From contig NC_043001.1 in NCBI RefSeq assembly GCF_006345805.1, positions 103,354,001-103,418,000 on the forward strand: a stretch of 64,000 nucleotides of DNA, written 5' to 3'. Positions 1 through 12,094 of the stretch are shown in pieces. The stretch comes from Octopus sinensis (Eukaryota). Each line of letters starts with the position of its first letter. The first letter of the stretch is position 1. Below the pieces are notes generated by a model, which did not search any database, was not told the origin of the DNA, and was given only the letters and a program-made list of their open reading frames with translations. The position numbers were made by a program, and so were the translations under genes.

Positions 1-116
1 TTATATTTCGGAATGGTCATATTGCCAGTTTAGCCAATAAAAACACACGCACTATATATTTGGTGTTATTTTGCTTCAGTGTTATTTATTTTTTACATTA
101 ATCTTAATCTTATTTC

Positions 117-160
117 GGCCAGAGTTATTTCGTCACACTCCTGTGACCGCATCAGTGGTC
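117..160 (-). ncRNA. Degenerate type I hammerhead ribozyme motif in the PLE 3' pseudo-LTR
   Basis: Minus strand reads GACCA CTGATGCG GTCAC aggagt GTGAC GAAA taacTC TGGCC. Stem II is perfect, stem I nearly perfect, and core CUGAUGA is altered. Confidence 0.6.
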
Positions 161-506
161 CTTTGTTTTCTTCTTACTTATTTGTGTCTCTCCTTACTAA
201 CCGTCAGCCATTTTGATATTCTATTGTATGTCTTCATTTGCGCATGCTTATATCTCTATGTGCGTCTATGTTTATTTAGTGTATGTGGGGGGATGCCTGT
301 AATATTTGTATCTTCTGTTTATATATGTTCATGTAATTTGTATTTTGTTTTTGTTGTTTTTGTTTTTCTTATTTTGTTCAGTGTTTACATCCACTTATTA
401 TTATCATTACATATGCTTGTATGTATGTATGTATGTATGTATAACATGTAGTATGTATGTATGTATAATAAATCGAATATATATATAATAATATATATAT
501 ATAATC

Positions 507-548
<42 letters not shown>

Positions 549-624
549 TTTATTTCTATTAGTTTATTTATCTGTGTATTTATTATGTTTTCAGGATTCT
601 CTATCGTCATATGTTGTGGTGTGT

Positions 625-1136
625 GTTAGTGCTCCATTCTAGTTTTCTATTCAGGCTAGGTTATTTTCTTTATGTGTGTAGCTTCTGTAATTGTCTATTG
701 TTGCATCTGTTCTATTGTGGACAATATTTTAATTTCTATGTTATTGATTGATCCCCCGTGTTCCTGTTCGGCGTGTTGGTACAGAATCGATGAGCTTTTA
801 CCTTCCTTAAGTTGTCTCCAATGTCCGTTTACCCGCTCTCCTATGCTTCTTGCCGTTTCCCCTACGTATGTCGTTGTCTTGTTACTGCATCCTCCCTCTA
901 TACATCTTATACTATAGACTACATTTCTGGCTTTACAGTTTGTTTTATGGGCTAAATCTACATACTGTACAGTACTTATCCGTACAGGGGGTTCTACTAA
1001 AAGGATAGGTTCTACAAATTATAGATTTGATAGAGTTGCCTGGCTTTTCAACAACCTTAATTCTTAGCTTAAGTTTGTCTAGGGTCCTTCTAAAGCGGTA
1101 CGCCAGTTCACCTCCAGGGGTGGTGTCAACGAACAT
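625..1136 (-). pseudogene. PLE GIY-YIG endonuclease and Cys/His linker, frameshifted
   Basis: After a frameshift at about 945 the frame reads HKTNCKARNVVYSIRCIEGGCSNKTTTYVGETARSIGERVNGHWRQLKEGKSSSILYQHAEQEHGG (VVY..YVGET..R motif with CCHH residues), then hits stops. Confidence 0.88.
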
Positions 1137-1200
1137 GACACTCTGGTATTTATGGCTATCATATCAAGAGTTGGCCTTCCTATTTTCTTTTTTGTCCTTT

Positions 1201-3417
1201 CTATAGTGTTCCATGACTGTTTCCTATAGAGTGGACAAATCCTATTCCTATCATTACATATATATTATCAAATTTCTTCATGGCTCCTTTGTATACTCTG
1301 ATCCTTTCTTTATAGCTGTAACCTGAGAACTGCATGCGGTGAATGAAATATTGTATGTGTCTCTTTAACTCTGTGGGCTCGCACATGCGTGACACATTTC
1401 TCATTATTCTGACGAGGTCTGCCATCAAAATATTGAATTTGGCATTGTCCGCAATGGCTGAGTTCCGGTGGATCAAGTATTTTGAGGCCATAGGTTTGGC
1501 ATAGTATGAATGAAGGATTTGGGTTTTATTATTCACAATTTCTAGCCAGAGTTCAGTGTTTAGTACTGGTAGTCTATGGTTGGGGTGTTTAGTGGGGTAG
1601 TCTATTGTGACCTTAATACTCTGGTGGATGGAGTTAGCTATTTGCTGGATGCTCTCCATAGTATTAGTTTCTATTACTATATCAACATTACTCTCTTGTG
1701 GGAGTGCCTTTACCACTATGTTGATATCATCAACATAGCGAGAGTACATGTTTACTAGTATGGAGTTCTGTGTTAGGCGTTCTTTAAGCCTTCTGTCCCA
1801 CCATACCATGAAACGGTTGGCCACATCACTAGCGATACTAACGCCGATGGCTGCCCCCTCGCCCTGGGCATATATTTTATTATTAAACTTAAACGTGTGG
1901 CCTTTTAGGGTAACTCTTATACTAGCTCCTAGTGCATGTGCGATCATTTTCTTTATCTGATGGACATTTGCGGGGCTCCGTATGGCTCTGGTCCATCCGC
2001 GCCATCTTTCTACATGTGTTTTCCTAGCCATAGAAGTAATTGTGGGCGGTCTACCTCTTAAACATCTGCTGGGGCAGAAACTACTAAGATTATGTTTATC
2101 TAAGTATTGATTATTACATGTCAGTCTAACTAGGAGGTCCAGTTCTTCTGTGTTGACATTACGGAACTCCACCTGGCTCTCATTGATCATCTCCACGCAC
2201 TTCTCCACCGCAAAATCTACGTCGATCGATGGGTATAGGGATACCACATCCATGCTACCCACCATACATCCTGTCAGGTCACAAGTGTTGTTACAGTCAT
2301 CGATCCTGCTGAGGAGATCTTCTGTGCTGTCACAAACATCGGGTGACATCCGGATTATAGGGCGTATGATCATTGAGAGGAAGTAGGAGATTCTGTAATT
2401 GCTAGCGATATTCGCTCCACAGACTGGTCTTGTTGGTGGTCCTGCTATAGGGTCAGTAATTACTTTATGGTCCTTGCGAAGTCCATACAGTGCCGGGATA
2501 TCATTGTTCCAGGCTTGGAAATTATTTGCTGTACGTTTCTGGGGTCCCAGAACAATTGTCCACATCATCATGTGGGCGTTGAGGACCTTTTCTCCCTCCT
2601 CATGTGCCTGTACAGTTGTTATTTTTGTATTGACGATATGAGGTTGCATTGCCTGGGTGTAGTTCGGTAAGCTGTCTATTGACATCCTGCCGGACTTATC
2701 TGTGGGAAGGCATACCGCCTCCCCGTTCCTCGTGCGCTGAATAAGCTTATGTAGGCCACTTGCAGGTTTAATCCCGAGGTGTTGGGCCTCTGTCCTATTC
2801 TGTCTCTGTCTCTTAGTGTATAATCCTAAAATCTGTCTAAGTTTGGTCCTAGCTATAGTGAACTGTGCTTCCATATAGTCATTAGTATGTCTTGGGATGT
2901 AGACTCTTTTGTTGAAGGGTAATGTTGTTGGATAAATCCGGCTCATGCAGTAAGTTTTGTCACATACGTTGAAGAATTGAGTGTCAAAGGGGTGGGTATA
3001 CATGTCAATGGTCATTCTAGGGTTATCTTCATTATCGTTACTGTTTCCATCATCAGCCTCCCTATTATTATTACTACCCTTACCACTACTACTATTATTA
3101 CTATTACCACCACAATTACCATCATTACTACTTCTACTGTTACCACTACCACTATTATTGTTATTACCATTATTCCTACCATTGCCATTATTACTATCAT
3201 TCTGATTATCGCTAGTGATATTTTCATTGTTCTTGTTTCTGGTGTATGTGTTGTTCATATTAGTGTTGGGTTTTATGTCTGTCTGTTGGTCCCTGTCATT
3301 CCCTCTGTTGTGGTTGTTATTTTTGTTCCTACGAGTATTGTTATCTGTTTCAAGTCTACTGACTCCCTGTCCAAGGATTCTGTTGCATTCAACTTTATTT
3401 TCCATCGTGACCCCCAC
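1201..3417 (-). pseudogene. PLE reverse transcriptase ORF (RT core open, ends frameshifted)
   Basis: Motifs PTDKSGR, PPTRPVCG, SMDVVSLYPSID (A), EGAAIGVSIASDVANRFM (B'), YSRYVDD (C), LPVLNTELW (E) and YYAKPMAS (thumb). The RGRPPTIT insertion between A and B' is as I recall for Neptune-type PLEs. Confidence 0.9.
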
Positions 3418-4150
3418 GACACAACTTTTATTCGTGTTTTTGTGACTGTGGTTATCTGTGTGTATGTTTGTGTGTCGGTTCTCCCTATAATTGTTGTTGT
3501 TGTTGTATACGATTTTTTCTCTCTGTTTATGTTTTTGTTTTTGTAACTATTGTTTGTGTCTATGCATTCATTTTTTCTATTGTTGTTGTTGTTACGGTTC
3601 GTGTTGCTTTTGTTGCTACGGTTGTTATTGCTGCGCTCATTATTGTTTGTGTTGTTGTTGCTGCGGTTAGTGTTTTTCACGTTGTTGTTGTTGTCGCAAG
3701 TGTTGTTGTTATTGTATCTATTTAAATTCCAACGTATTTTTGTGAACGACTTTTCAATCTCGGACAGGCATTTGATGGTATTCACCTTACTATACACTGC
3801 ATACTTTGGTGGTAGCTGAAGTATCGATATTTCGTCTGGGTCCGTTGTTACTCCCCCATAGATGTTCGTTTCATTGTCTTTATTGAACTCTTCTGGTAGT
3901 AGCACATCTTCCATAATAATTCCATTTATTGTATCTGGATACTTCTGCTTTTCTTCCTTTGCGAGCTCATATTGATGTTTTTGTTTCAATCACGATAACT
4001 TCCTCTTAAAATGGATATTGCATTGGTGTATTACGTGTCTGTTTTCTTCATATATTAAATCCATTAGTGTGGTTTTCTCCTTTCGTGTGGTGATGTTTTT
4101 AATTTCTTTTAAAAATATACGTATGTAATTATACACATCACTCCATATAC

Positions 4151-4213
<63 letters not shown>

Positions 4214-4245
4214 AGAGAGTGGAACACGAGTTGTGATATATACAA

Positions 4246-4559
4246 AAAGGAAATGAAGAAATGCTGACAAAATAGTTTAAGTAAAGGAGAGAGTGTATTT
4301 AATTAGGTGAAGGTTCTTTTACCGGTTACGCATTTGTTATGCTTATCAAAAGATATATTTTTAGAGCGATAGAGTTCCTTTCTGATAGATTTTTTTCTCT
4401 TATCAGATAAGAGAAAAAAATCTATCAGAAAGGAACTCTATCGTTCTTAAAAATATCTTTTGATAAGCATAACAAATGCGTAACCGGTAAAAAGAACCTT
4501 CACCTAATTAAATACACTCTCCTTTACTTAAATTATTTTGTCAGCATTTTCTTCATTTC

Positions 4560-4563
<4 letters not shown>
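4246..4563. repeat. Fold-back palindrome, about 159-bp arms, 1-nt loop at 4405, with (AT)n tracts on both sides
   Basis: ctcttatc-a-gataagag centre. Arms stay complementary out to aaaggaaatgaagaa / ttcttcatttccttt with few mismatches or indels. Confidence 0.95.
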
Positions 4564-4601
<38 letters not shown>

Positions 4602-4962
4602 AATAGGATTATAATGGCGCAGGATGGCTGTTTGGTTAAGTAGCTTGCTAACCAACCACATGGTTCCGGGTTCAGTCCCACTGTTTTTGCCCCCTACTTG
4701 CTTGACACCCGATGCTGTGGTGTTACGTCCCCGTCACTTAGCGGTCGGCAAAAGAGACCGATAGAATAAGTACTGGCGGTGCTCCAGCATGGCCGCAGTC
4801 AAATGACTGAAACAAGTAAAAGAGTAAAGAGTAAAGAGTAATATGTTGAAATTTCAATGAAGGATCCTGGGATCTAGGTTAGAAACCAGTTCTTACTCTA
4901 TTGACCTTGAAATATACTGAATAATGACATACATTCTTATGTACACACACACATATAGATAG

Positions 4963-4999
<37 letters not shown>

Positions 5000-5625
5000 A
5001 GGGGAGGGAAGGAAGAGAGAGAGGGAAGGAGGGAAAGAAAGAGAAGAAAATTCATGCCAGCAGCGACCAGTGGGAGCGCCAGATGCATTTCACCCGTTCT
5101 GGGCCTTTTTATTGATGCGTACTCGCAGCCAGCCAGTCGTATCCTCAGACGAAGATACGACGATTCGTTGTCTCTGGTGTAAGAATATGTGACTATTGCA
5201 TTCGGCAATGTTACTATCATCGACAGTGTTTACACATAAAGTTTGATACGTAGATTACTATTTTAAACAAATACTGTTTCAAAACCGTATATCAGATGCT
5301 TTGTTATCGGAAACAAAGAATTATTTTACGATCATGTGACTGGCTGAGAGTAAGCGACATTGAAAAAGCCCCTAAAAGGACCAAATGCTACTGGTGTTCT
5401 CGATCGTTGTTGGGACGAGTTTCCGTCTCCCTTTGATGTTGAATGTACTTTTAACACAGAAATTCCATAAAGGATGTTATCTCAGAACAAATACTGTAAT
5501 TACTGGCCTATCGACAGTGTATATACATTAAGCATGATACATAGACAACTATTTTAATTAAACGCTGCCTCGATTGCCCAGACAGGATACATACATACAT
5601 ATAATATATACATATATACATAATA

Positions 5626-6416
5626 TATAATTAAAATCACAATAAGAGTGAAAAAAATTGAATATTAATTAATAACATCAATTCAAAACACCAAGTGGCC
5701 TAGCGTAAAAAAAGACTGGGATACAGTAAAAATCATTAATACAAGTAATAAGAGAGAGACCACATGTGGTCACTCTAACGCAAGATATAGATCAAGCAAT
5801 TGCTTGAGAACAATTCTTTAGTGGTGGATTCCCTTTGCGGATCTATATCTAGCGTTAGAATGACCACATGTGGTCTCTCTCTTATTACTTGTATTAATAA
5901 TTTTTACTGTGTCCCAGTCTTTTTTTACGCTAGGCCACTTGGTGTTTTGAATTGATGTTATTAATTAATATTCAATTTTTTTCACCCTTATTGTGATTTT
6001 AATTATAAATTAATATGTTCTCAACCGGCAGTAAATTACTGGGGTAGTATTTACATCCGTATTTTCAACCGCGCCAAAATGAGGATATTTGAACATAACT
6101 GCAATATAATCGGCTGTGCCGTTCGCCTTTGCTCGGCTTCGTATGGATTTTGGCGTTCGGTTCAGCAAATTATATTTTTGATATACTCTACTGAGGATTC
6201 GAAAATGATTATGTAAGTAAAATTACACATCTATTAACGATGAAACAATGTATAGAGTTAATCTATTTTTTGGTTATTTTTCATTTGCCCTGCCCGCTTA
6301 CATTCTTGGCGTGTTGAATTATTGCTTGAGAACAATTCTTTAGTGGTGGATTCCCTTTGCGGATCTATATCTAGCGTTAGAGTGACCACATGTGTTCTCT
6401 CTCTTATTACTTGTAT
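5626..6416. mobile_element. Small non-coding element: inverted arm plus 522-bp partial tandem, ending in an AT/CA microsatellite
   Basis: 5626-5793 is the reverse complement of 5840-6007, and 5799-5894 is repeated directly at 6321-6416. This layout resembles PLE pseudo-LTRs. Confidence 0.75.
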
Positions 6417-6514
6417 ACATACATACATATATAGTATATATATATATAATATATATATATATATTTATACCTACATATATACATACACACACACCCAACA
6501 CACACACACACACA

Positions 6515-6560
<46 letters not shown>

Positions 6561-6612
6561 TATATATATATACCTACATATATACATACACACACACACA
6601 CAACACACAAAC

Positions 6613-7010
<398 letters not shown>

Positions 7011-7705
7011 ATATATATATATATATATCTATATATATATATATGTGGTTAGGCTATTACGCCAGTCCAGAAACCGGTCTATGTGAGTCCAAATACTTGA
7101 ATGTATGCAGAGAGATTGTTTTGGCCCGTTTGCTTTCGGACAGTTGATTTCTATAGTTATTATCAGTGTATTTTGGCGATTTAAATAAGTGTTATTTCTA
7201 GCAGATAGACAAACTTAGTATGTCCTTTGATTAATTTTTATCCTTCAGTTATTTAATGCTGTTTGGGGGGCCTGCAATCACCTATATTATTGCTTCTGTT
7301 ATCATCATTTTTAAATTGTTACACTAGAAAATCACAGGGTCAATGATATATTCACAAATTATTTTTTCGTGAATTATTTGCTCCATATCGAAATTATATA
7401 TATATATGTAAAGTGGCGGACTGGCCAGGTTCCAGCTTGTCCGATGGAAAGTGGGCCCCTGCACCATTAGACTCCATATATGGGGGCCTATGTTAGTATC
7501 TAAGGGGCCCATCCCCTCAAGTTTGAGAATTTTTTTATTCACTCCTGGAAGAATACATTAATTATTTCAGCCTTGCTGTGTTTGTAGACAGTTGAAAAGA
7601 ATACTTTTACAAAAAAAAAAGAAAGAAAAATTAAATGATAGCATTGTAGTTGCAGGTGGACCCCTTAGTCTCCTAGCAACCAATACTTTTAGACCCAGTT
7701 CGACA

Positions 7706-7758
<53 letters not shown>

Positions 7759-7760
7759 GA

Positions 7761-7801
<41 letters not shown>

Positions 7802-8009
7802 GAGAGAGAGGAATTATTTATCTACTTCAATAAATTCGGGCAATTTTTTTTAATGACAATTTTATGTTTATTACATAATTATGATGCCAAAACAAATAGA
7901 TTTATAAATCTTAGGTCAAAACCTCCTTGACAATTTTCAACATGTCCTCCGTCTGTATCACTGCAAATTTCATATCTATCGTTGCAAAGAATATTTTTGA
8001 AGTACACTG

Positions 8010-8395
8010 CTAACTTTACGTTCTGAGTTCAAATTCCACCGAGGTTGACTTTGCCCTTCATCCTTTCGGGGGTGATAAAATAAGTACCAGTTGAATACTG
8101 AGCCATTACCTCGGAATTGCTGCCCCTGTGTCGCAATTTTAAACCAATATTAATATTATTATAGGCGGCGAGGTGGCAGAATCGTTAGCACACCGGGCGA
8201 AATGCGTAGCATTATTTCGTCTGCCGCTACGTTCTGAGTTCAAATTCCGCCGAAGTCGACTTTGCCTTTCATACTTTCGGGTCGATTAAATAAGTACCAG
8301 TTACGCACTGGGTCGATATAACCGACTTAATCCCTTTGTCTATCCTTGTTTGTCCCCTCTATGTTTAACTCCATGTGGGCAATAAAGAAATATAT
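8010..8395 (+). mobile_element. tRNA-derived SINE family B (partial copy + full copy)
   Basis: aggcggcgag.tggcagaa..gttagca...gttctgagttcaaattccgccga.gtcgactttgcctttcat; many other copies in the window. Confidence 0.85.
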
Positions 8396-9062
8396 GTTAA
8401 TGTTATTATTGAATTATGAATTGAATAAATAAGAATAAACCTATTTGATTGATCTCTTAAATAATTTAAACAAACCAGTTAGTACAAATAAATCCTTTTT
8501 GTTTTAGTAGTGTATCCTAATGATAGCTAAATCGATGACTTAGTAGCTAGGACTAACTGTCCAACCATAATAACAGTGAAGAGGGCGAGTTTGAATCGTT
8601 GATTACATCATCGATGGATCTAAGCTAAAGACTGTAAATAAATAGGACCTCGTAATTGTAGGGGTCATGTCAGGGCTTATCTTGAAATCAATAGAAAAAC
8701 CAAAGTGATGACAATAGATCAATAACTGCTTAATAATTGCGGCAATAAATTTGACTGCTTAACTGACTCTTACATACATACGTACATACGTACATACATA
8801 CATACATACATACATACATACATACATGCATGCATGCATACATACATACATACATACATACATACATACGTACATACATGCATACATGCATACATGCATA
8901 TATACATACATACACACAAAAATATCCTGTTGTTGATATTGAAGTTCCAGTGAAGGAGCCTTGGATATAGGTTAGAAACCGGCTCCTACTCTATTGGCAG
9001 GGAATCTTTAAATAAAACTGAATACTGACATACATACACACACAATTGCAAAAGAGCTATTA

Positions 9063-9285
9063 ACAGTTTCATGCTTTAAGATACATTAAATTAGTAGATT
9101 TATATTACATCCTATGTATTTCCAAGAAATCATTCAGACTCAGTTAATAACGTTTTTTCTCGTATTTTCTCATAGGCCAGCATTCTTGTTTTTAATGCTA
9201 TGAACTGAACCTGAATGATTTCTTGGAAATACATAGAATGTTATATAAATATGATAATTTAATGTATCTTAAGGCATGAAACTAT
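9063..9285. repeat. Imperfect inverted repeat (83-bp arms, 57-bp spacer), probable MITE or fold-back
   Basis: 9063-9145 is approximately the reverse complement of 9203-9285. Confidence 0.75.
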
Positions 9286-9374
9286 TGGTAACTTTTTTGT
9301 AATTATTTATTTCAAATGACATTTATCTCCCACCGGATGGAGTAATTTTTTGCTGATCCTACCTATAATGGACC

Positions 9375-9410
9375 TATAAATAGTATATATCTATATACCG
9401 ATACCAGTGT
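9375..9410 (+). promoter_or_regulatory. Possible TATA + Inr core promoter of the calcitonin-like gene
   Basis: TATAAATA at 9375-9382 and CCAGT with A at 9406 (31 nt from the TATA T). A non-coding first exon is required because the ATG exon has splice acceptors. Confidence 0.3.
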
Positions 9411-9939
9411 GTGTGTGCGCGATGACAATGGGCACTCAATACCGCGTTGGTGGATGAAAATTCTTTATTTGTGTTTTAAGGCTACCATTAGATTCATTTT
9501 AAGAAAATATCTTAAAAATTTTCAAGCCGATCACATGGAGAAATTGTGATATTTTCTTAACATGAAATACACAAATAAAGTTTGTGTGTGTGTATGCAAT
9601 TATTAACTTGTGCGTATGTAATGTCTTTAAAATATAAAATAAAAACAATAAATTTTAAAATAATTTTGACTTAAAAAAACATTAAAATGTGTGTTTCGAA
9701 GATCTGCGATCTTCTGGACAGCGGCATTATAGTCGCTCCAATTCATTGATTGTTGGCTTTCTAATATAAATCGTTTAAAGAAATCTTTTAAAATTCCCGA
9801 AAACAATTCCTGCTTGTTCGGCAAATAAGCCGAGGTAACTTTTTCAACGTTGAAATCTGGGACCAAAATTTCGGCTTTTATGCCGGCATATCCTGTACTT
9901 TTAATGCATGGGTTAGTATTAGTACAGTATACCTCTTAA

Positions 9940-10150
9940 GGGTCTATGAAACAAACGCCCGCATCTGTGTGACTGTGTGAAATGTTTGTTCACTATTTTA
10001 AGGAATATCCTTCCCACACAAGTTTTAACGGTCAGTGAGAAGGGTGACACAAACCAAATGACTTTAACGGTGGCATTTCCTTTGCAGGTGTTAGGGCCCG
10101 GCATATAGGAGATACGGTCCTTAAATCCACTGGACACCAGAGCCTCGTTG
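9940..10150 (-). mobile_element. Penelope/Poseidon-type PLE fragment (thumb-linker)
   Basis: KVIWFVSPFSLTVKTCVGRIFLKIVNKHF resembles the PLE 'IIWFNPPFS.NVKTN.G..FL.LI.KHFP' segment. Confidence 0.7.
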
Positions 10151-10271
10151 TAATATAGAGCAATAGTAGAAGACACTCGCTCGAGGTGCCACGCAGTGGG
10201 ACTGAACTCTGAACCATTTGGTTGGGAAGCAAACTTCTTACCACACAACCATATAGAGAATTCTTTGACAT

Positions 10272-10660
10272 AGGCGCAGGAGTGGCTGTGTGGTAAGTAG
10301 CTTGCTAACCAACCACATGGTTCCGGGTTCAGTCCCACTGCCTGGCATCTTGGGCAAGTGTCTTCTGCTATAGCCCCGGGCCGACCAATGCCTTGTGAGT
10401 GGATTTGGTAGACGGAAACTGAAAGAAGCCTGTCGTATATATGTATATATATATGTATGTGTGTGTTTGTGTATCTGTGTTTGTCCCCCTAGCATTGCTT
10501 GACAACCGATGCTGGTGTGTTTACGTCCCCGTCACTTAGCAGTTCGCCAAAAGATACCGATAGAATAAGTACTGGGCTTACAAAGAATAAGTCCCGGCGT
10601 CGATTTGCTCGACTAAAGGCGGTGCTCCAGTATGGCCGCAGTCAAATGACTGAAACAAGT
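10272..10660 (+). mobile_element. tRNA-derived SINE family A (full length)
   Basis: Head ggcgcaggagtggctgtgtggtaagtagcttgc...ggttccgggttcagtccc, body ttgggcaagtgtctt, tail gctccag.atggccgcagtcaaatgactgaaacaagtaaaa. Other copies at about 4616, 12560, 14120, 18440, 20905, 39180, 45755, 48785 and 50625. Confidence 0.88.
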
Positions 10661-10749
10661 AAAAAAAAAAAAAAAAAAATGTGTAATTTCGTCATATTAA
10701 GTCGTCTTTTTTCTCTTCTCTTTCAGATTCTTTATTTTCTCCAACAGCG

Positions 10750-10838
10750 ATGGCCATACTTTACTATCTCCTCACTTTGCTTCTTGTGCTTCCTTATAAC
10801 TGGGCTTGGTATGATCCGCAACTGAGCGAATTAAACAG
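10750..10838 (+). CDS. Calcitonin-type neuropeptide precursor, coding exon 1 (signal peptide)
   Basis: MAILYYLLTLLLVLPYNWA/WYDPQLSELN is a hydrophobic signal peptide. Two polypyrimidine-CAG acceptors (AG ending 10726 and 10747) lie upstream. The phase-2 donor AG|GTAAAA at 10839 is in phase with 18317. Confidence 0.78.
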
Positions 10839-10944
10839 GTAAAAGCCTTTCTGTTTTTTTCATAGGGTTGAATTAAATTGAACTATCGAAGATATAGATG
10901 CGCGCGCACATACACACACGTTATTAAATGCCATGTCTATTTCT

Positions 10945-11112
10945 ATATCACGTGATCGACCAGATTATAGGATGCTGTTATACATCGCTGGTCACAATGT
11001 GCTTTGCATCATTTCAGTTTTTGCATGATGTCACCACGCATCATTCGAAACACAACGCATCGTTTGGTCTGGGAAGCGAACCCACGATCACTAGATCGCT
11101 AGTGCAAAACTC
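10945..11112 (-). mobile_element. tRNA-headed SINE family C with RTE-derived tail
   Basis: Head ggcgcgtggcccagtggttagag...gggttcgcttccc. Tail tgttataca.cgctggtcacaatgtgctt is shared with the RTE relic at 37400-37730. Confidence 0.7.
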
Positions 11113-11272
11113 TAACCACTGGGCCACGCGCCTTCTCCTATTTCAATTCCTATTTCAAAATGTATTCAATACACGAAGATTAGGCAGGAAATCACACACT
11201 CACCTATAAGAGAACAGGGCATGCGCAGACTAGAAACAACAGCCACGCTTAATGGATGTTAGCTTACAAGGC

Positions 11273-11755
11273 ATTAGTCATACACATCAAACATATTAGA
11301 CATATACATCAAACATATTAGTCATATACATCAAACATATTAGTCATACACATCAAACATATTAGTCATATACATCAAACATATTAGTCATACACATCAA
11401 ACATATTAGTCATACACATCAAACATATTAGTCATATACATCAAACATATTAGTCATACACATCAAACATATTAGTCATATACATCAAACATATTAGTCA
11501 TACACATCAAACATATTAGTCATATGCATCAAACATATTAGTCATACACATCAAACATATTAGTCATATAATCAAACATATTAGTCATACACATCAAACA
11601 TATTAGTCATACACATCAAACATATTAGTCATATACATCAAACATATTAGTCATACACATCAAACATATTAGTCATATACATCAAACATATTAGTCATAT
11701 ACATCAAACATATTAGTCATATACATCAAACATATTAGTCATACACATCAAACAT
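11273..11755. repeat. Minisatellite, 22-bp unit (catatacatcaaacatattagt), about 22 copies
   Basis: Direct tandem array with a C/T variant position and one 1-nt deletion; no spacers. Confidence 0.97.
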
Positions 11756-11819
11756 ACATGACGGCGTCTGATGAAAAAGTATCCGGGCCGATGCTATATA
11801 AAGAAAACTACACACACAT

Positions 11820-12010
11820 GTTTTGTTTTTGGATTTAGTTTGCAAGATTCTTTATATGAGTTCGTGTGTTGAAGTATATTCTGTTGTGTCTGGGGAGAGT
11901 CATTTTCTTTTTGTGCTTTATAATGTAACACACTCACCGGTAAAATTTCCACTTGTTTCTTGTTTTTATTTTCCTAAAATTTTCGTTGCGTCTTGCAACC
12001 CTTTCGATAG
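11820..12010. repeat. Dispersed non-coding repeat (pseudo-LTR-like); also at about 48510-48605 and 49560-49760
   Basis: ttgcaagattctttatatgagttc.tgtgttgaag.atattctgttgtgtctggggagagtc...cactcaccggtaaaatttcc is seen at three loci. Confidence 0.8.
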
Positions 12011-12094
12011 TTTCTCGGTGATTGTGTTACATTATAAGGCAAAAAATGAAAATGACTCTCTCCAGACACAACAAAATACACACACAAGAACCCG

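Larger units (their letters stand above)
1..4135 (-). mobile_element. Penelope-like retroelement (Neptune-like), 5'-truncated and decayed
   Basis: Minus strand has, in order: N-terminal PLE motif (EISILQLPPKYAVY...EIEKSFTKIRWN), Asn-rich linker, RT, linker (MFVDTTPGGEL...CTDKYCTVC), GIY-YIG nuclease and a hammerhead-like 3' end. Frameshifts occur near 3300-3400, 1260, 1170 and 945, with internal stops. The 5' end abuts (AT)n at about 4140. Confidence 0.92.

Noticed and set aside
2977-3819. Hydrophobic plus-strand ORFs (poly-Leu/Ile/Val/Thr)
   Set aside because: They are antisense readings of the Asn-rich PLE linker.
1164-3992. In-frame TGA codons (1164-66, 3990-92) as selenocysteine recoding, as in some Naiad PLEs
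   Set aside because: They fall at apparent Trp and Arg positions rather than Cys, and the copy also has frameshifts and TAG/TAA stops; ordinary decay explains them.
5078-5150. Hammerhead-like CTGAGGA...GAAATGCATC on - (and CTGATGAGGCCGAAT at about 22450)
   Set aside because: Stems I and II do not pair, so these look like chance matches.
9627-9900. Minus-strand ORF (VPDFNVEKVTSAYL...)
   Set aside because: No start or splice context and no recognisable motif. It follows a TTAA-GAGG transposon-like end, so it is probably non-coding repeat.
11273-11755. CRISPR-like array
   Set aside because: The units are contiguous with no unique spacers, the context is eukaryotic, and there are no cas genes.
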